64,000 bases of DNA from assembly GCA_033764955.1 (NCBI GenBank), contig JANRIL010000042.1, positions 96,001-160,000 of the forward strand. Reading direction: 5' to 3'. The DNA is from Cyanobacteriota bacterium. Lineage in GTDB: Bacteria > Cyanobacteriota > Cyanobacteriia > Thermostichales > Thermostichaceae. The notes below the pieces were generated by a model that ran no database searches, was not told where the DNA came from, and saw only the letters and a list, made by a program, of their open reading frames with translations. A program made the position numbers and the translations under genes. Position 1 is the stretch's first letter; each line of letters opens with the position of its first letter. Shown here piece after piece: positions 1-9,575 of this stretch.

Positions 1-1
1 G

Positions 2-1531
2 ACCCGTGATATTCGTTCCGATTTATTTGCCCACATCCTGCGCCTACCTGCCCGTTTTTTCGACCGAACCCCCGTAGGCAGGTTGATCACCCGCATTACC
101 AGTGATGTGGAAGCCTTGGGGGATGTATTTTCCACGGGAACCATTGGCATAGTCAGTGATCTCTTTACCTTGCTGGTAATCGGGGTGGTCATGATCAGTC
201 AGCGCTGGGACTTGGGGCTGTTGATGGTGGGTCTGGTCATCCCGATGGCTGTCTTGGTGATCGGGCTGCAACGGCGCTACCGCGATGCTAATTTTCGGGT
301 GCGGGAGGAGCTGTCTCGTCTCAACTCCTGGCTACAAGAAAATATCTTGGGGGTGAATGTTGTCCAACTGTTTCGGCGGGAGCGTCTGAACGGGGAGATT
401 TTTCGGGATATCAATCGCCGCTATATTCAGGAAGTCGATGCCACAATTTTTTATGATTCGGTGTTGTCGGCCATTTTGGAATGGGTGGCATGGCTAGCCG
501 TGGCGGCTCTCCTCTGGGTGGGTGGGCAGCAGATTTTGCAGGCGAGTTTACCGAATTGGGTGGCTCAAACGTCGGGATCCCTCCCTCTGCCTGGTAACGG
601 GGATCCCCTTACCTTTGGCAGTCTCTACGCTTTTATTCTTTTTTCTCAGCGATTTTTTAACCCTCTCCGCCAACTGGCCGAGAAATTTACCTCTCTACAG
701 GCGGGTTTTACGGCGGTGGAACGGATCACCAGTATTTTGAACCTGACTCCTGACATTCAGGATCCCCCGCAGCCGCGCACCTTGCCCTCACAGGGAGGCG
801 GAGAAATTGCTTTTGAGCATGTCTGGTTTGGTTACTCCGAGGGGGAGTGGGTGCTCAAGGATCTCAACTTTACCGTCAGACCTGGGGAAAAAATTGCCCT
901 AGTCGGACCAACGGGAGCCGGAAAAAGTTCGATTATTCGTCTGCTCTGTCGATTGTATGAGGTGAGTCGAGGGCGAATTTTAATTGATGGGGTGGATATC
1001 CGCGATCTGACTCAAGCAGAATTGCATCGGCAGGTAGGCGTGATTTTGCAGGACGGCTTTTTGTTTGCCGGAGACATTGTGGACAACATTACCCTCGGTG
1101 AAACCGGGGAATTAGCGGCGGTACAACACACGGCTCAACAGCTCAACCTGGATCCGTTTATTCAAGATTTGCCCAAAGGCTATCAAACCTCGGTGCGGGA
1201 GCGGGGCAACAACCTTTCTAGCGGACAAAAACAGTTGATTAGTTTTGTGCGAGCCATGTGGCGCAATCCCCGCATTTTGGTCTTGGATGAGGCCACTGCT
1301 AGTTTGGACATCGGCACGGAAGCTCTTCTACAAGAGGCACTGGATCATCTTCTCGACAACCGCACCGCCCTGATGATTGCCCACCGCCTTTCCACCATTC
1401 GGCAGGTGGATCGCATCTTAGTTCTGCAACGGGGGGAACTGAAAGAACAGGGATCCCATAGTGAGCTGATGGCCTTAAATGGCCTTTATGCCAGCCTCTA
1501 CCGCCTGCAAGATCTGGGATCCCCTGGTTAG
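2..1531 (+). CDS. ABC exporter, fused permease/ATP-binding (MdlB/MsbA-like), 5' part outside window
   Basis: Frame open from base 2 (TRDIRSDLFAHILRLP...); TM helices, Walker A GPTGAGKS, signature LSSGQKQ, Walker B ILVLDEAT. Confidence 0.92.
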   Translation, partial: TRDIRSDLFAHILRLPARFFDRTPVGRLITRITSDVEALGDVFSTGTIGIVSDLFTLLVIGVVMISQRWDLGLLMVGLVIPMAVLVIGLQRRYRDANFRVREELSRLNSWLQENILGVNVVQLFRRERLNGEIFRDINRRYIQEVDATIFYDSVLSAILEWVAWLAVAALLWVGGQQILQASLPNWVAQTSGSLPLPGNGDPLTFGSLYAFILFSQRFFNPLRQLAEKFTSLQAGFTAVERITSILNLTPDIQDPPQPRTLPSQGGGEIAFEHVWFGYSEGEWVLKDLNFTVRPGEKIALVGPTGAGKSSIIRLLCRLYEVSRGRILIDGVDIRDLTQAELHRQVGVILQDGFLFAGDIVDNITLGETGELAAVQHTAQQLNLDPFIQDLPKGYQTSVRERGNNLSSGQKQLISFVRAMWRNPRILVLDEATASLDIGTEALLQEALDHLLDNRTALMIAHRLSTIRQVDRILVLQRGELKEQGSHSELMALNGLYASLYRLQDLGSPG

Positions 1532-1643
1532 CTGAATACGCTAGAGGTAGCTAACAGCCAAACACTGGATTGGTGCGGATGATTGAGAGTTTTTAGTGCC
1601 GAGTTTGATCTGATCGGTCACCCCCCATCACCGGTAGACGGCG

Positions 1644-3350
1644 TTAAACCAATGGAGACTGCTTAAAGTGATCCGGTTGCCGCAGGATATCCATCACCTG
1701 CTCGGCAGGCAAGGGGCGACTAAAGAAATAGCCCTGCACATCATCACATCCCTGCGATCTTAAGTAATGGAACTGTTCGGCGGTTTCAACCCCTTCCGCT
1801 GTAATTTGCAGATCCAAGCTTTGACCGAGGGCAATAATCGCTTTGGCAATGGCGGCATCGCTGGCTTCCTGAGGGAGGTTACGCACAAAAGACTGATCAA
1901 TTTTTAGGGTATGGATAGGGAACCGCCGCAGATAATTAAGCGATGAATAACCCGTACCAAAGTCATCTAACGCCAATCGGATCCCCATCTGATGAAGCTG
2001 TTCGGTGATGGCAATCGCCTGCTCGATATTCTCCATCAAAATACTTTCGGTCAACTCAAGCTCTAAATAAGAGATATCCATCTCGGTTTCCGCAATAATT
2101 TGGTGAATAACTTCAACCAGATGAGGCTGACGAAACTGTCTTGCGGATAGATTCACAGCAATGCTAACGGGCGGTAGTCCGGCTTGTTTCCAGCGGCGAA
2201 ATTGTTGGCAAGCAGTGCGAAGCACCCACTCCCCAATTGATAAAATTAGATCACTGTCTTCCGCAATAGGGATAAATTTTCCAGGAGAAACCCATCCTAG
2301 CGTCGGATGATGCCATCGCAAGAGAGCCTCTAAAGACAACACTTGCAACTGTGCCAGTTCGATTTTCGGTTGATAGTGTAGGTGTAGCTGCTGGCGGGAT
2401 ATGGCCTCTCGCAGTTCTTGCTCTAAATATAAACGTTCTTGAAGTTGCGAATTAACCGTTGCATCATAAAACTGATAGGTATTACGTCCTGATTCTTTTG
2501 CTTGATGTCGGGCGATGTCGGAGTTTTTGAGGAGTTGGTCGCTACTACTTCCATCGTCCGGATAGAGAGTAATTCCTATGCTGGCAGTCATGTAGACTTG
2601 CTGGTTAGGATGAATAAAAAAAGGTTGAGTCAGAACTTGCAAGACACCTTTTGAGAATTGTTCAACATTACTTGTGCGAGAAGATGGGGTATGCAAAATA
2701 GCAAACTCATCACTGCCCAGTCGACATAAAATATCATTTTCGTGCAAGCAATTGGCTAGCCGACGGCTGACTTCTCGTAACACGTGATCGCCCTGTTCAT
2801 ATCCTAATGTAGTGTTGAACTGGCTAAATCGATCTAAGTCTAATGAGAGGAGATAGAAAGCCTGGTGATTTCGCTTGGCTGTTACCAAAGTTTCTTGCAG
2901 ATAGCTATGAAACAAAGATCGATTGGGGAGTCCTGTTAGTTGGTCATAGTTAGTCAAATGCCGCAGGGCTTCGTCCAGTTGTTTGATCGTGCGAACAGTA
3001 TCCGCCATCAACGTGCCAGCTTCATCGGTAAATTGCGTGGGCAAGCTGGGCAGTTTGCGCTCACGCAGATAGTCCCGCAGAGCTTTAGAAGCAAAAGTCA
3101 TTGGCACTAATAAATGATGCAAAGCCCAAAGGGTCAAGGCCGTACCGACTAATGTTGCCAGCAAGGCAATTAAGAGCACGGATAGGATATCATCCCAACG
3201 AAAGGAATGGCTGAGGATGAAATAAAAGAGAAGTCCCAAAAGCGGCACATGAGTTCCTAGAAAAGCAATCAACATAATCTTGCTTTCATAATTTCTCAGA
3301 TAGCTGACTCTGGAGAGAAAGCTATAAAACCGTAATTCGGGGCTGTACAT
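1644..3350 (-). CDS. Membrane-anchored GGDEF-EAL protein, probable c-di-GMP phosphodiesterase
   Basis: Two N-terminal TM helices plus HAMP-like linker; degenerate GSDEF; intact EALLRW, DDFGTGYSSL, KID and EGVE motifs. Confidence 0.92.
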   Translation of the reverse strand: MYSPELRFYSFLSRVSYLRNYESKIMLIAFLGTHVPLLGLLFYFILSHSFRWDDILSVLLIALLATLVGTALTLWALHHLLVPMTFASKALRDYLRERKLPSLPTQFTDEAGTLMADTVRTIKQLDEALRHLTNYDQLTGLPNRSLFHSYLQETLVTAKRNHQAFYLLSLDLDRFSQFNTTLGYEQGDHVLREVSRRLANCLHENDILCRLGSDEFAILHTPSSRTSNVEQFSKGVLQVLTQPFFIHPNQQVYMTASIGITLYPDDGSSSDQLLKNSDIARHQAKESGRNTYQFYDATVNSQLQERLYLEQELREAISRQQLHLHYQPKIELAQLQVLSLEALLRWHHPTLGWVSPGKFIPIAEDSDLILSIGEWVLRTACQQFRRWKQAGLPPVSIAVNLSARQFRQPHLVEVIHQIIAETEMDISYLELELTESILMENIEQAIAITEQLHQMGIRLALDDFGTGYSSLNYLRRFPIHTLKIDQSFVRNLPQEASDAAIAKAIIALGQSLDLQITAEGVETAEQFHYLRSQGCDDVQGYFFSRPLPAEQVMDILRQPDHFKQSPLV

Positions 3351-3658
3351 AAATACCTCAAACCAGGATTCGTAGGGGGTTTGACAAGCTTATTCAAGAT
3401 GCGTTTCAAAAATCTCAGAATCTGTCAGCAGATTGGAGTGGGATCCCTTTCCTCTCATACTGACAAACCGGAGCCAAATTTCCTAGGCCGTTTATCTGAA
3501 AAAATCTACGCGATTGACCTAAGTTTTCCCGTTAAGATTCTTTATTTTTATTGATGGGGGATTAAGGGATTGGGGAAACATCTCCTCCCTATTTAAGGAG
3601 AAGAAAGAGAGAAAGTAGAGAAATGCCTACCCCATTCCCAACTCTGCGCTAGGGATCC

Positions 3659-4687
3659 CTAGCCCTTGAAGCTATTGCTCAAGACTCGCCCTAGGGTCTT
3701 AAAATCTTCCAACACCCGCCCGGTTCCCAACACTACACAACTGAGGGGATCGGCAGCAATATGAACCAAAATGCCTGTTTCATGGCTGATCAGGGCATCC
3801 AATCCCTTGAGGAGAGCGCCCCCGCCCGCCAACATGATTCCTCGATCAATAATGTCCGCCGCTAGTTCGGGGGGCGTGCGTTCTAGGGTGCGCTTGATAG
3901 CTTCGACAATCACTGAGAGGGGTTCGGCCATGCTCTCGCGGATTTCAGGACTTTTGACGGTGACGGTGCGGGGTAGACCCGATAGCAAGTGTAAGCCCCT
4001 TACCTCCATCATCAGCTCTTCCTGGATGGGATAAGCGGAACCAATCTGGATTTTGATTTCTTCGGCGGTACGCTCCCCAATCGTCAGGTTATGAACTTTT
4101 TTCATGTATTGGGCGATGGCTTCACTCAACTCATCCCCAGCCACTCGCACCGACTCACTCAGGACAGTTCCCTGTAAACTCAACACCGCCACTTCGGTAG
4201 TGCCGCCGCCAATATCAATGATCATATTTCCCGTGGCTTCCTGCACGGGTAAGCCGGCTCCAATGGCCGCCGCTACGGGTTCTTCTACCAAATAAACCTC
4301 ACGGGATCCCGCTTGTAGGGCGGCTTCCATCACCGCTCGCCGCTCCACCCCCGTCACTCCACTGGGGATCCCGATGACAATTCGTGGGGCGATCAGATAA
4401 CGTCCTTCATGCACACGATGGATAAAGTGCTTGAGCATCATCTCCGCCGTATCAAAATCAGCGATCACCCCATCCCGCAGCGGACGCACTGCAATGATGT
4501 TGCCGGGGGTACGTCCCAGCATTTTTTTGGCATCTTCTCCCACCGCCAGCGGTTGTTTCGTATTTTGATCAATCGCCACCACGGAGGGTTCTTGCAAAAC
4601 AATTCCCCGCCCCGCCACGTATACCAACGTATTGGCCGTTCCCAGATCAATTCCCATATCGCGGGAAAACCGACTAAACAACCCCAC
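3659..4687 (-). CDS. mreB: Rod shape-determining protein MreB
   Basis: [24 protein letters not shown] motifs; GTG at 4687 preferred over ORF start 4702. Confidence 0.97.
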   Translation of the reverse strand: MGLFSRFSRDMGIDLGTANTLVYVAGRGIVLQEPSVVAIDQNTKQPLAVGEDAKKMLGRTPGNIIAVRPLRDGVIADFDTAEMMLKHFIHRVHEGRYLIAPRIVIGIPSGVTGVERRAVMEAALQAGSREVYLVEEPVAAAIGAGLPVQEATGNMIIDIGGGTTEVAVLSLQGTVLSESVRVAGDELSEAIAQYMKKVHNLTIGERTAEEIKIQIGSAYPIQEELMMEVRGLHLLSGLPRTVTVKSPEIRESMAEPLSVIVEAIKRTLERTPPELAADIIDRGIMLAGGGALLKGLDALISHETGILVHIAADPLSCVVLGTGRVLEDFKTLGRVLSNSFKG

Positions 4688-5332
4688 AGTGCCCAGCTCC
4701 AAACGAGAGTCTTGAATCGTTGCCAGAGGTCAGCCTAGCGCAAGCTGCTTAACCTTGGGCTAACGTTGCCTGAATAATGTCCTCTACTATAGACGATACC
4801 CCTTGGGTTAGTCCCCCCTGGGTAGATCGTCTGGACGGGGATCCCTGCTTCTGGAATCCGCGACCGCCTGAGTGGAAAAACGTGTGGATTGGTGAGTTTT
4901 TTATCAGTGATGATTGGAGTATTAAGGCTAAATCTTAGCTATAGCTTGGTGCTTTACTATACACTCAGTTTCTGAAAGGCTGACCAAATCAGTGTTTTGG
5001 CTCGGTCAATGCGTTCTCTAATTTTTCTCCTTTTCTGTCTAGTATAAGTGGTTACCAGGTCAATTCAGGGGGATACTTGAACAGTCCTATCTGATACAGT
5101 ATTTTTTGGGTTATCTGGCAATCTGTTAAGAAATACCTTGAATAGGCAATATTCAACCCCTATTGTCGCTTATAAAGGGCAAATCTTGCGCTTGCTCATT
5201 CTTGCTCTCCCTACCCCCTGTTTGCTGAGTAACGGTAGTCAGTCAACTTGCATCGTTGCGATTTTCCTCCTCTCGCACTCACTTGCTTTTGCATGGTTTT
5301 GGGTTATTGGCTTTTTTTAGGAGATAGACCGC

Positions 5333-6544
5333 ATGACCACCCCTTCCTTTCCCCCTCATAGCGTTGTCAGTCAACTGCAACAGCTTAGTCAGGTGCAGTT
5401 TAGTGGGCGGGTTCAGATCGAGGCAGAAACCTCACAAGTCGAGGGATGGAACCTTTATTTTTGTCTGGGACGCTTGGTTTGGGCGACGGGCGGATCCCAT
5501 CCGATTCGGCGGCTGCATCGCCTGCTCAATCAATTTTGTCCGCAGAGCCAAGCTGCTCAAGAACTTCCTGCTACGGCAGCGATGCGTTGTTGGGACTATC
5601 ATTTTTTGACCTTTTTGGTAAGGCGGCAACGCATCACCCGCGAACAAGTGGTAGCGATCATCGACCAGACCGTAGGAGAAGTGCTGTTTGATGTTTTGCA
5701 GGCAGAGGCCAATGGCTTGACGGTGATTACGGATCGCCAAGAATCGTTGGATACTCCCCTCACCGTGATCAACGTTGAAGTGGTTCGGCAACGGGCGGAA
5801 GAAGCGTGGCTAAATTGGCAGCAGGCTGGTTTGGCCGATCGCTCCCCCGATTTAGCCCTATGGATTGCCCGTCCAGAGCTTCTGCGGGAGCAGGTTTCGC
5901 CAGCCGTCTTTGATCATCTCAGTCTGTTGTTAGATGGCAAGCGCTCCTTACGGGAATTAGGGGTGGTGATGCAGCAAGATGTGTTGTTGGTGGCTCGTTC
6001 CCTCCTGCCCTACGTCAGCAAAGGTATCTTGGTCTTTACCCCCGTCAAGGATCCCCAATCTACTAGCCAGCCCACCCCCCGTGAGGCCACCGATCATACG
6101 GCTCTCTATGCGGGATCCCTAGTCGCCTGCATTGACGACAGTCCAACGGTTTGTGAGACGATGCGAACCATTTTGACGCAGGCGGGTTATCGCTTCCTAG
6201 GGATCCAAGACTCTACACAGGTTTTACCCACCCTCCTGGATCGCAAGCCCGATTTAATCTTTTTAGATCTGATCATGCCGGTTGCTAACGGTTATGAACT
6301 CTGTGCCCAAATTCGCCGCATGTCTGCTTTCAAAAATACACCGATTGTCATTTTGACGGGAAACGACGGGATCATTGACCGGATGCGTGCCAAAATGGTT
6401 GGCTCCACCGACTTTGTGGCAAAGCCCATCGATAGTCAACAGGTTTTGCAAACTCTGGCAAAGCACTTAAAACAACAACCTCCCGCTTCTCTTCATTCCA
6501 CCTCCATTAGCAGTTTGCCTACCTATACCCAAGCAACCGCCTGA
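5333..6544 (+). CDS. PatA-family response regulator (PATAN + REC), copy 1
   Basis: N-terminal FSGRV..W.LYF..GRL.WA.GG..RR region; C-terminal REC (IDDS, FLDLIMP, KP); GGAG RBS. Confidence 0.9.
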   Translation: MTTPSFPPHSVVSQLQQLSQVQFSGRVQIEAETSQVEGWNLYFCLGRLVWATGGSHPIRRLHRLLNQFCPQSQAAQELPATAAMRCWDYHFLTFLVRRQRITREQVVAIIDQTVGEVLFDVLQAEANGLTVITDRQESLDTPLTVINVEVVRQRAEEAWLNWQQAGLADRSPDLALWIARPELLREQVSPAVFDHLSLLLDGKRSLRELGVVMQQDVLLVARSLLPYVSKGILVFTPVKDPQSTSQPTPREATDHTALYAGSLVACIDDSPTVCETMRTILTQAGYRFLGIQDSTQVLPTLLDRKPDLIFLDLIMPVANGYELCAQIRRMSAFKNTPIVILTGNDGIIDRMRAKMVGSTDFVAKPIDSQQVLQTLAKHLKQQPPASLHSTSISSLPTYTQATA

Positions 6545-6965
6545 TCACTCCCAAGACGAAAGACAGGGATCCCTATTTTTCAGGAGTTTACTGCGGAGCG
6601 GAGGGATTCCCGATCCAGGTGACCAAGCCCTAGATCTGGGTTGGGGTTCTCTCAGCAATTTCCCCGACCAGCATCAGACAGATAAGGGTTATTTCTAGAA
6701 CCCTCTTCGTAGTTATGCGTAAGCCAATCATCGTAGCTCTGAGCCAGAATGCTGAATATCCTCGGCATCTAAGGGACTTACGTGAAATTCAGGATGTTTC
6801 TTTTGAAGCCACCACGGTAGCGTATCTTTAGCTCCAGAAATCAATCAGCTAAAACTGCCATATATCTTCATATATCACCTTCATGCCAGTAGTATGTTGA
6901 TGTTGAGAGTGATGATTCGGCATTAGCTAAACAACGGAGCCAACAGAATTTCGCAGGACATTCTC

Positions 6966-8189
6966 ATGATCAGTCAACCCAATCAGCCCCACTGGATTCA
7001 ATTTTTGAGTGCCCGTTTTGAAGCCCTCAGTCGGATGCAATTTAGCGGACGTATGGATCTGACTACCCAGCGGGGAGCCAGTTGGGTCTTCTACTTCTAT
7101 CAAGGGAAGCTAGCGTGGGGCAGTGGGGGACGACATGCTGTGCGGCGGTGGCGGCGGTTGATGAGCCAGTTTTGCCCGCAGGTTGATCTGGAGACCCTGA
7201 CCGTGCGCGGCTCCGATCAAGGGATCCCTTGCCTGGACTATCACGCTTTGCATGTCCTGTTGAAGCGTCATGTGATCACTTATGAACAAATGCTGATCAT
7301 GGTTGACCATACTATTACGGAAATTCTTTTTGATATTTTTCAGTCCAGCGAAGATTGTAGCTATGTCTGTGACGCTCAGACCATGGCGGAATCGCCGAGT
7401 GCGCTACTGGCTCTAGAGCAAGTGTGGCCGAAAGCTAAGCAAAACTGGGATTGGTGGCATCAGGCAGGATTAGCGGATTACTCCCCCCTTTCGGCACCGG
7501 TGCTACGCCGTCAACTCAAAGATCAAGTTTCGCGGCAGGTCTATGAAACGATGGTGGCGGTTATGGATGGGCGGCGTTCCCTCAAGGACTTGGCGCTGCT
7601 GATGCGGCAGGATCTTTTGAATCTGACCCGTTCCCTTTTGCCCTATATTCAGCAGCAATCCATTGATTTGGTGGATATCCCCGATTTCGAGCCGCTTGCG
7701 TTTGCGGCGGCTCCGCCGCAGGTGAAGGGAGCATTGGTGGCCTGCATTGATGACAGCCCTTTGGTGGGACAAACCATGCAGCAGATCTTAACCCACGCCG
7801 GTTATCGCTTTGTCGGGATCCAAGATTCGGCGATGGCTCTAACCACCTTGCTGGAGCAAAAGCCCGATTTTATCTTTTTAGATCTGGTCATGCCTGTCGC
7901 TAATGGCTATGAAATTTGCGCCCAGATTCGTCGCATGTCCGCCTTCAAAAACACGCCCATTGTTATCCTGACAGGCAACGATGGCTTAGTGGATCGGATG
8001 CGCGCCAAGATGGTTGGATCTACAGATTTTATGGCCAAACCGATTGAGTCGGCGCAGGTCCTCGCCGTCCTGCAAAAATACTTGCCTTCTCAGGTTCGTG
8101 TTCTCGACTCAACAGCTCCCCTCATCCCTAACCAAGAGAACCGCCAATCCATGAGTGTGATGGGCTTACAGTATAAGCAAGCGGTTTGA
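6966..8189 (+). CDS. PatA-family response regulator (PATAN + REC), copy 2
   Basis: Same architecture as copy 1; REC domain nearly identical in protein sequence. Confidence 0.9.
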   Translation: MISQPNQPHWIQFLSARFEALSRMQFSGRMDLTTQRGASWVFYFYQGKLAWGSGGRHAVRRWRRLMSQFCPQVDLETLTVRGSDQGIPCLDYHALHVLLKRHVITYEQMLIMVDHTITEILFDIFQSSEDCSYVCDAQTMAESPSALLALEQVWPKAKQNWDWWHQAGLADYSPLSAPVLRRQLKDQVSRQVYETMVAVMDGRRSLKDLALLMRQDLLNLTRSLLPYIQQQSIDLVDIPDFEPLAFAAAPPQVKGALVACIDDSPLVGQTMQQILTHAGYRFVGIQDSAMALTTLLEQKPDFIFLDLVMPVANGYEICAQIRRMSAFKNTPIVILTGNDGLVDRMRAKMVGSTDFMAKPIESAQVLAVLQKYLPSQVRVLDSTAPLIPNQENRQSMSVMGLQYKQAV

Positions 8190-8370
8190 GCGGAGATGAG
8201 CGGGAAGAGCTGACTGGCCTGATGAAGATCTGATGGAACCTTAATGGGAGGATGCAAAAGAGAGATAGCCGGGAAATTTCCTTTGGTAAACTGAGTGATG
8301 ATTAGTATTTTTTGCCGCTACTCGTCCTTTCACCAACCCTTTACCTGTCCTTTCACCAAGTTGAGATTTT

Positions 8371-8733
8371 GTGAGCACTGTTTTAGTTGTTGAAGATAGC
8401 ACAACCGAATTAGAGATTATCAGCCGTTGCTTGCAACAAGCGGGCATGGCCGTAATTAGTGCCAAAAGCGGAGAAGAAGCTCAGACAAAATTGGCATCCC
8501 AGCAACCGGATTTGATTGTTTTGGATGTGATTTTGCCGGGTCAGAGTGGATTTGAGCTATGTCGAGAACTGCGCGCCGACAGCAAAACCTCCGGGATCCC
8601 GATTATTATTTGCTCCACCAAGGGAACCGATGTAGACAAAATGTGGGGAGATATGCTGGGAGCCAATGCCTACTTGACTAAGCCTATTGATCAGGCGGAA
8701 TTGGTTGCAGCCGTGCGCCGCTTGATTAAATAG
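8371..8733 (+). CDS. CheY-like single-domain response regulator (PixH/PilH-type)
   Basis: VLVVEDS, LDVILP, YLTKP; position in chemosensory operon. Confidence 0.92.
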   Translation: MSTVLVVEDSTTELEIISRCLQQAGMAVISAKSGEEAQTKLASQQPDLIVLDVILPGQSGFELCRELRADSKTSGIPIIICSTKGTDVDKMWGDMLGANAYLTKPIDQAELVAAVRRLIK

Positions 8734-8821
8734 TTCGGCTCTCCCTCGATTTTGTCCATTTTCTCAACCTAGCTCTCCCCAAAACGGCTGTTTCTCCCCC
8801 ATCTCTTGAGGCCATGTTGTT

Positions 8822-9316
8822 ATGGAATCTGCCTTGGCGACTCCGGCCACCGGAACGCGCTTTTTGCGGTTTTCGGTTGGTCTTGCCGAACAAGCCCTTT
8901 TATCGGTTGATCACATTCAGGATGTTTTTCCTTTGGTGATCGGAGAGATTTTGCCGATGCCGGAGGTAGCAACGGCTGTGATGGGTCTCTATAATCGGCG
9001 GGGATCCATTCTCTGGCTAGTGGACTTGGGCTACCTGCTGGGATCCCCCCCAGTAGCGACCCACTCCGCCACCACCAGTGGCTCTTTGATGACGATCACT
9101 CTAGATGTGGATCAGCAGGGGTTGGGGTTGGTGGTGCCACAGGTGCAAGATATTGAATGGCAAGATCCACAGGCTATTCAGTCGGAGCTGAGGGGGGTTT
9201 TCACTCCAGAAGTAGCTCAGTTTTTGCAGGGTTATCTTGTGGATGCTGATGCCTCTATCTTGATGGTTTTAGATCCGTTGGCACTGCTGCAAAGCAATCA
9301 ATGGCAATCGATTTGA
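8822..9316 (+). CDS. cheW: CheW adaptor
   Basis: PMPEV...MGLYNRRGSILWLVDLG CheW pattern. Confidence 0.88.
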   Translation: MESALATPATGTRFLRFSVGLAEQALLSVDHIQDVFPLVIGEILPMPEVATAVMGLYNRRGSILWLVDLGYLLGSPPVATHSATTSGSLMTITLDVDQQGLGLVVPQVQDIEWQDPQAIQSELRGVFTPEVAQFLQGYLVDADASILMVLDPLALLQSNQWQSI

Positions 9317-9575
9317 TTTCCCACCCATGCGGGCAATCTCGCCAGTATATTTTGAATAAGGATTTGGATTATTAGATCCTTTTTGATAAAGAATTTAGGG
9401 ATCCTATTCTTGTCAACTATTACCCAAATATTATGTGCCTATATTTTGAGCGTCAGTTCTCGAAAACCCAATCAAAAACTCAATAGGGTTGCTGTGGATC
9501 CCCTTCACGTCAAGACCCATTTAACAACATTTTATTGAGTCTAGTTTTTTCCATCATCCACCAAGGACACCCACC

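Noticed and set aside
3351..3658. Possible riboswitch in the leader of the EAL gene
   Set aside because: No recognisable conserved aptamer motifs on the minus strand
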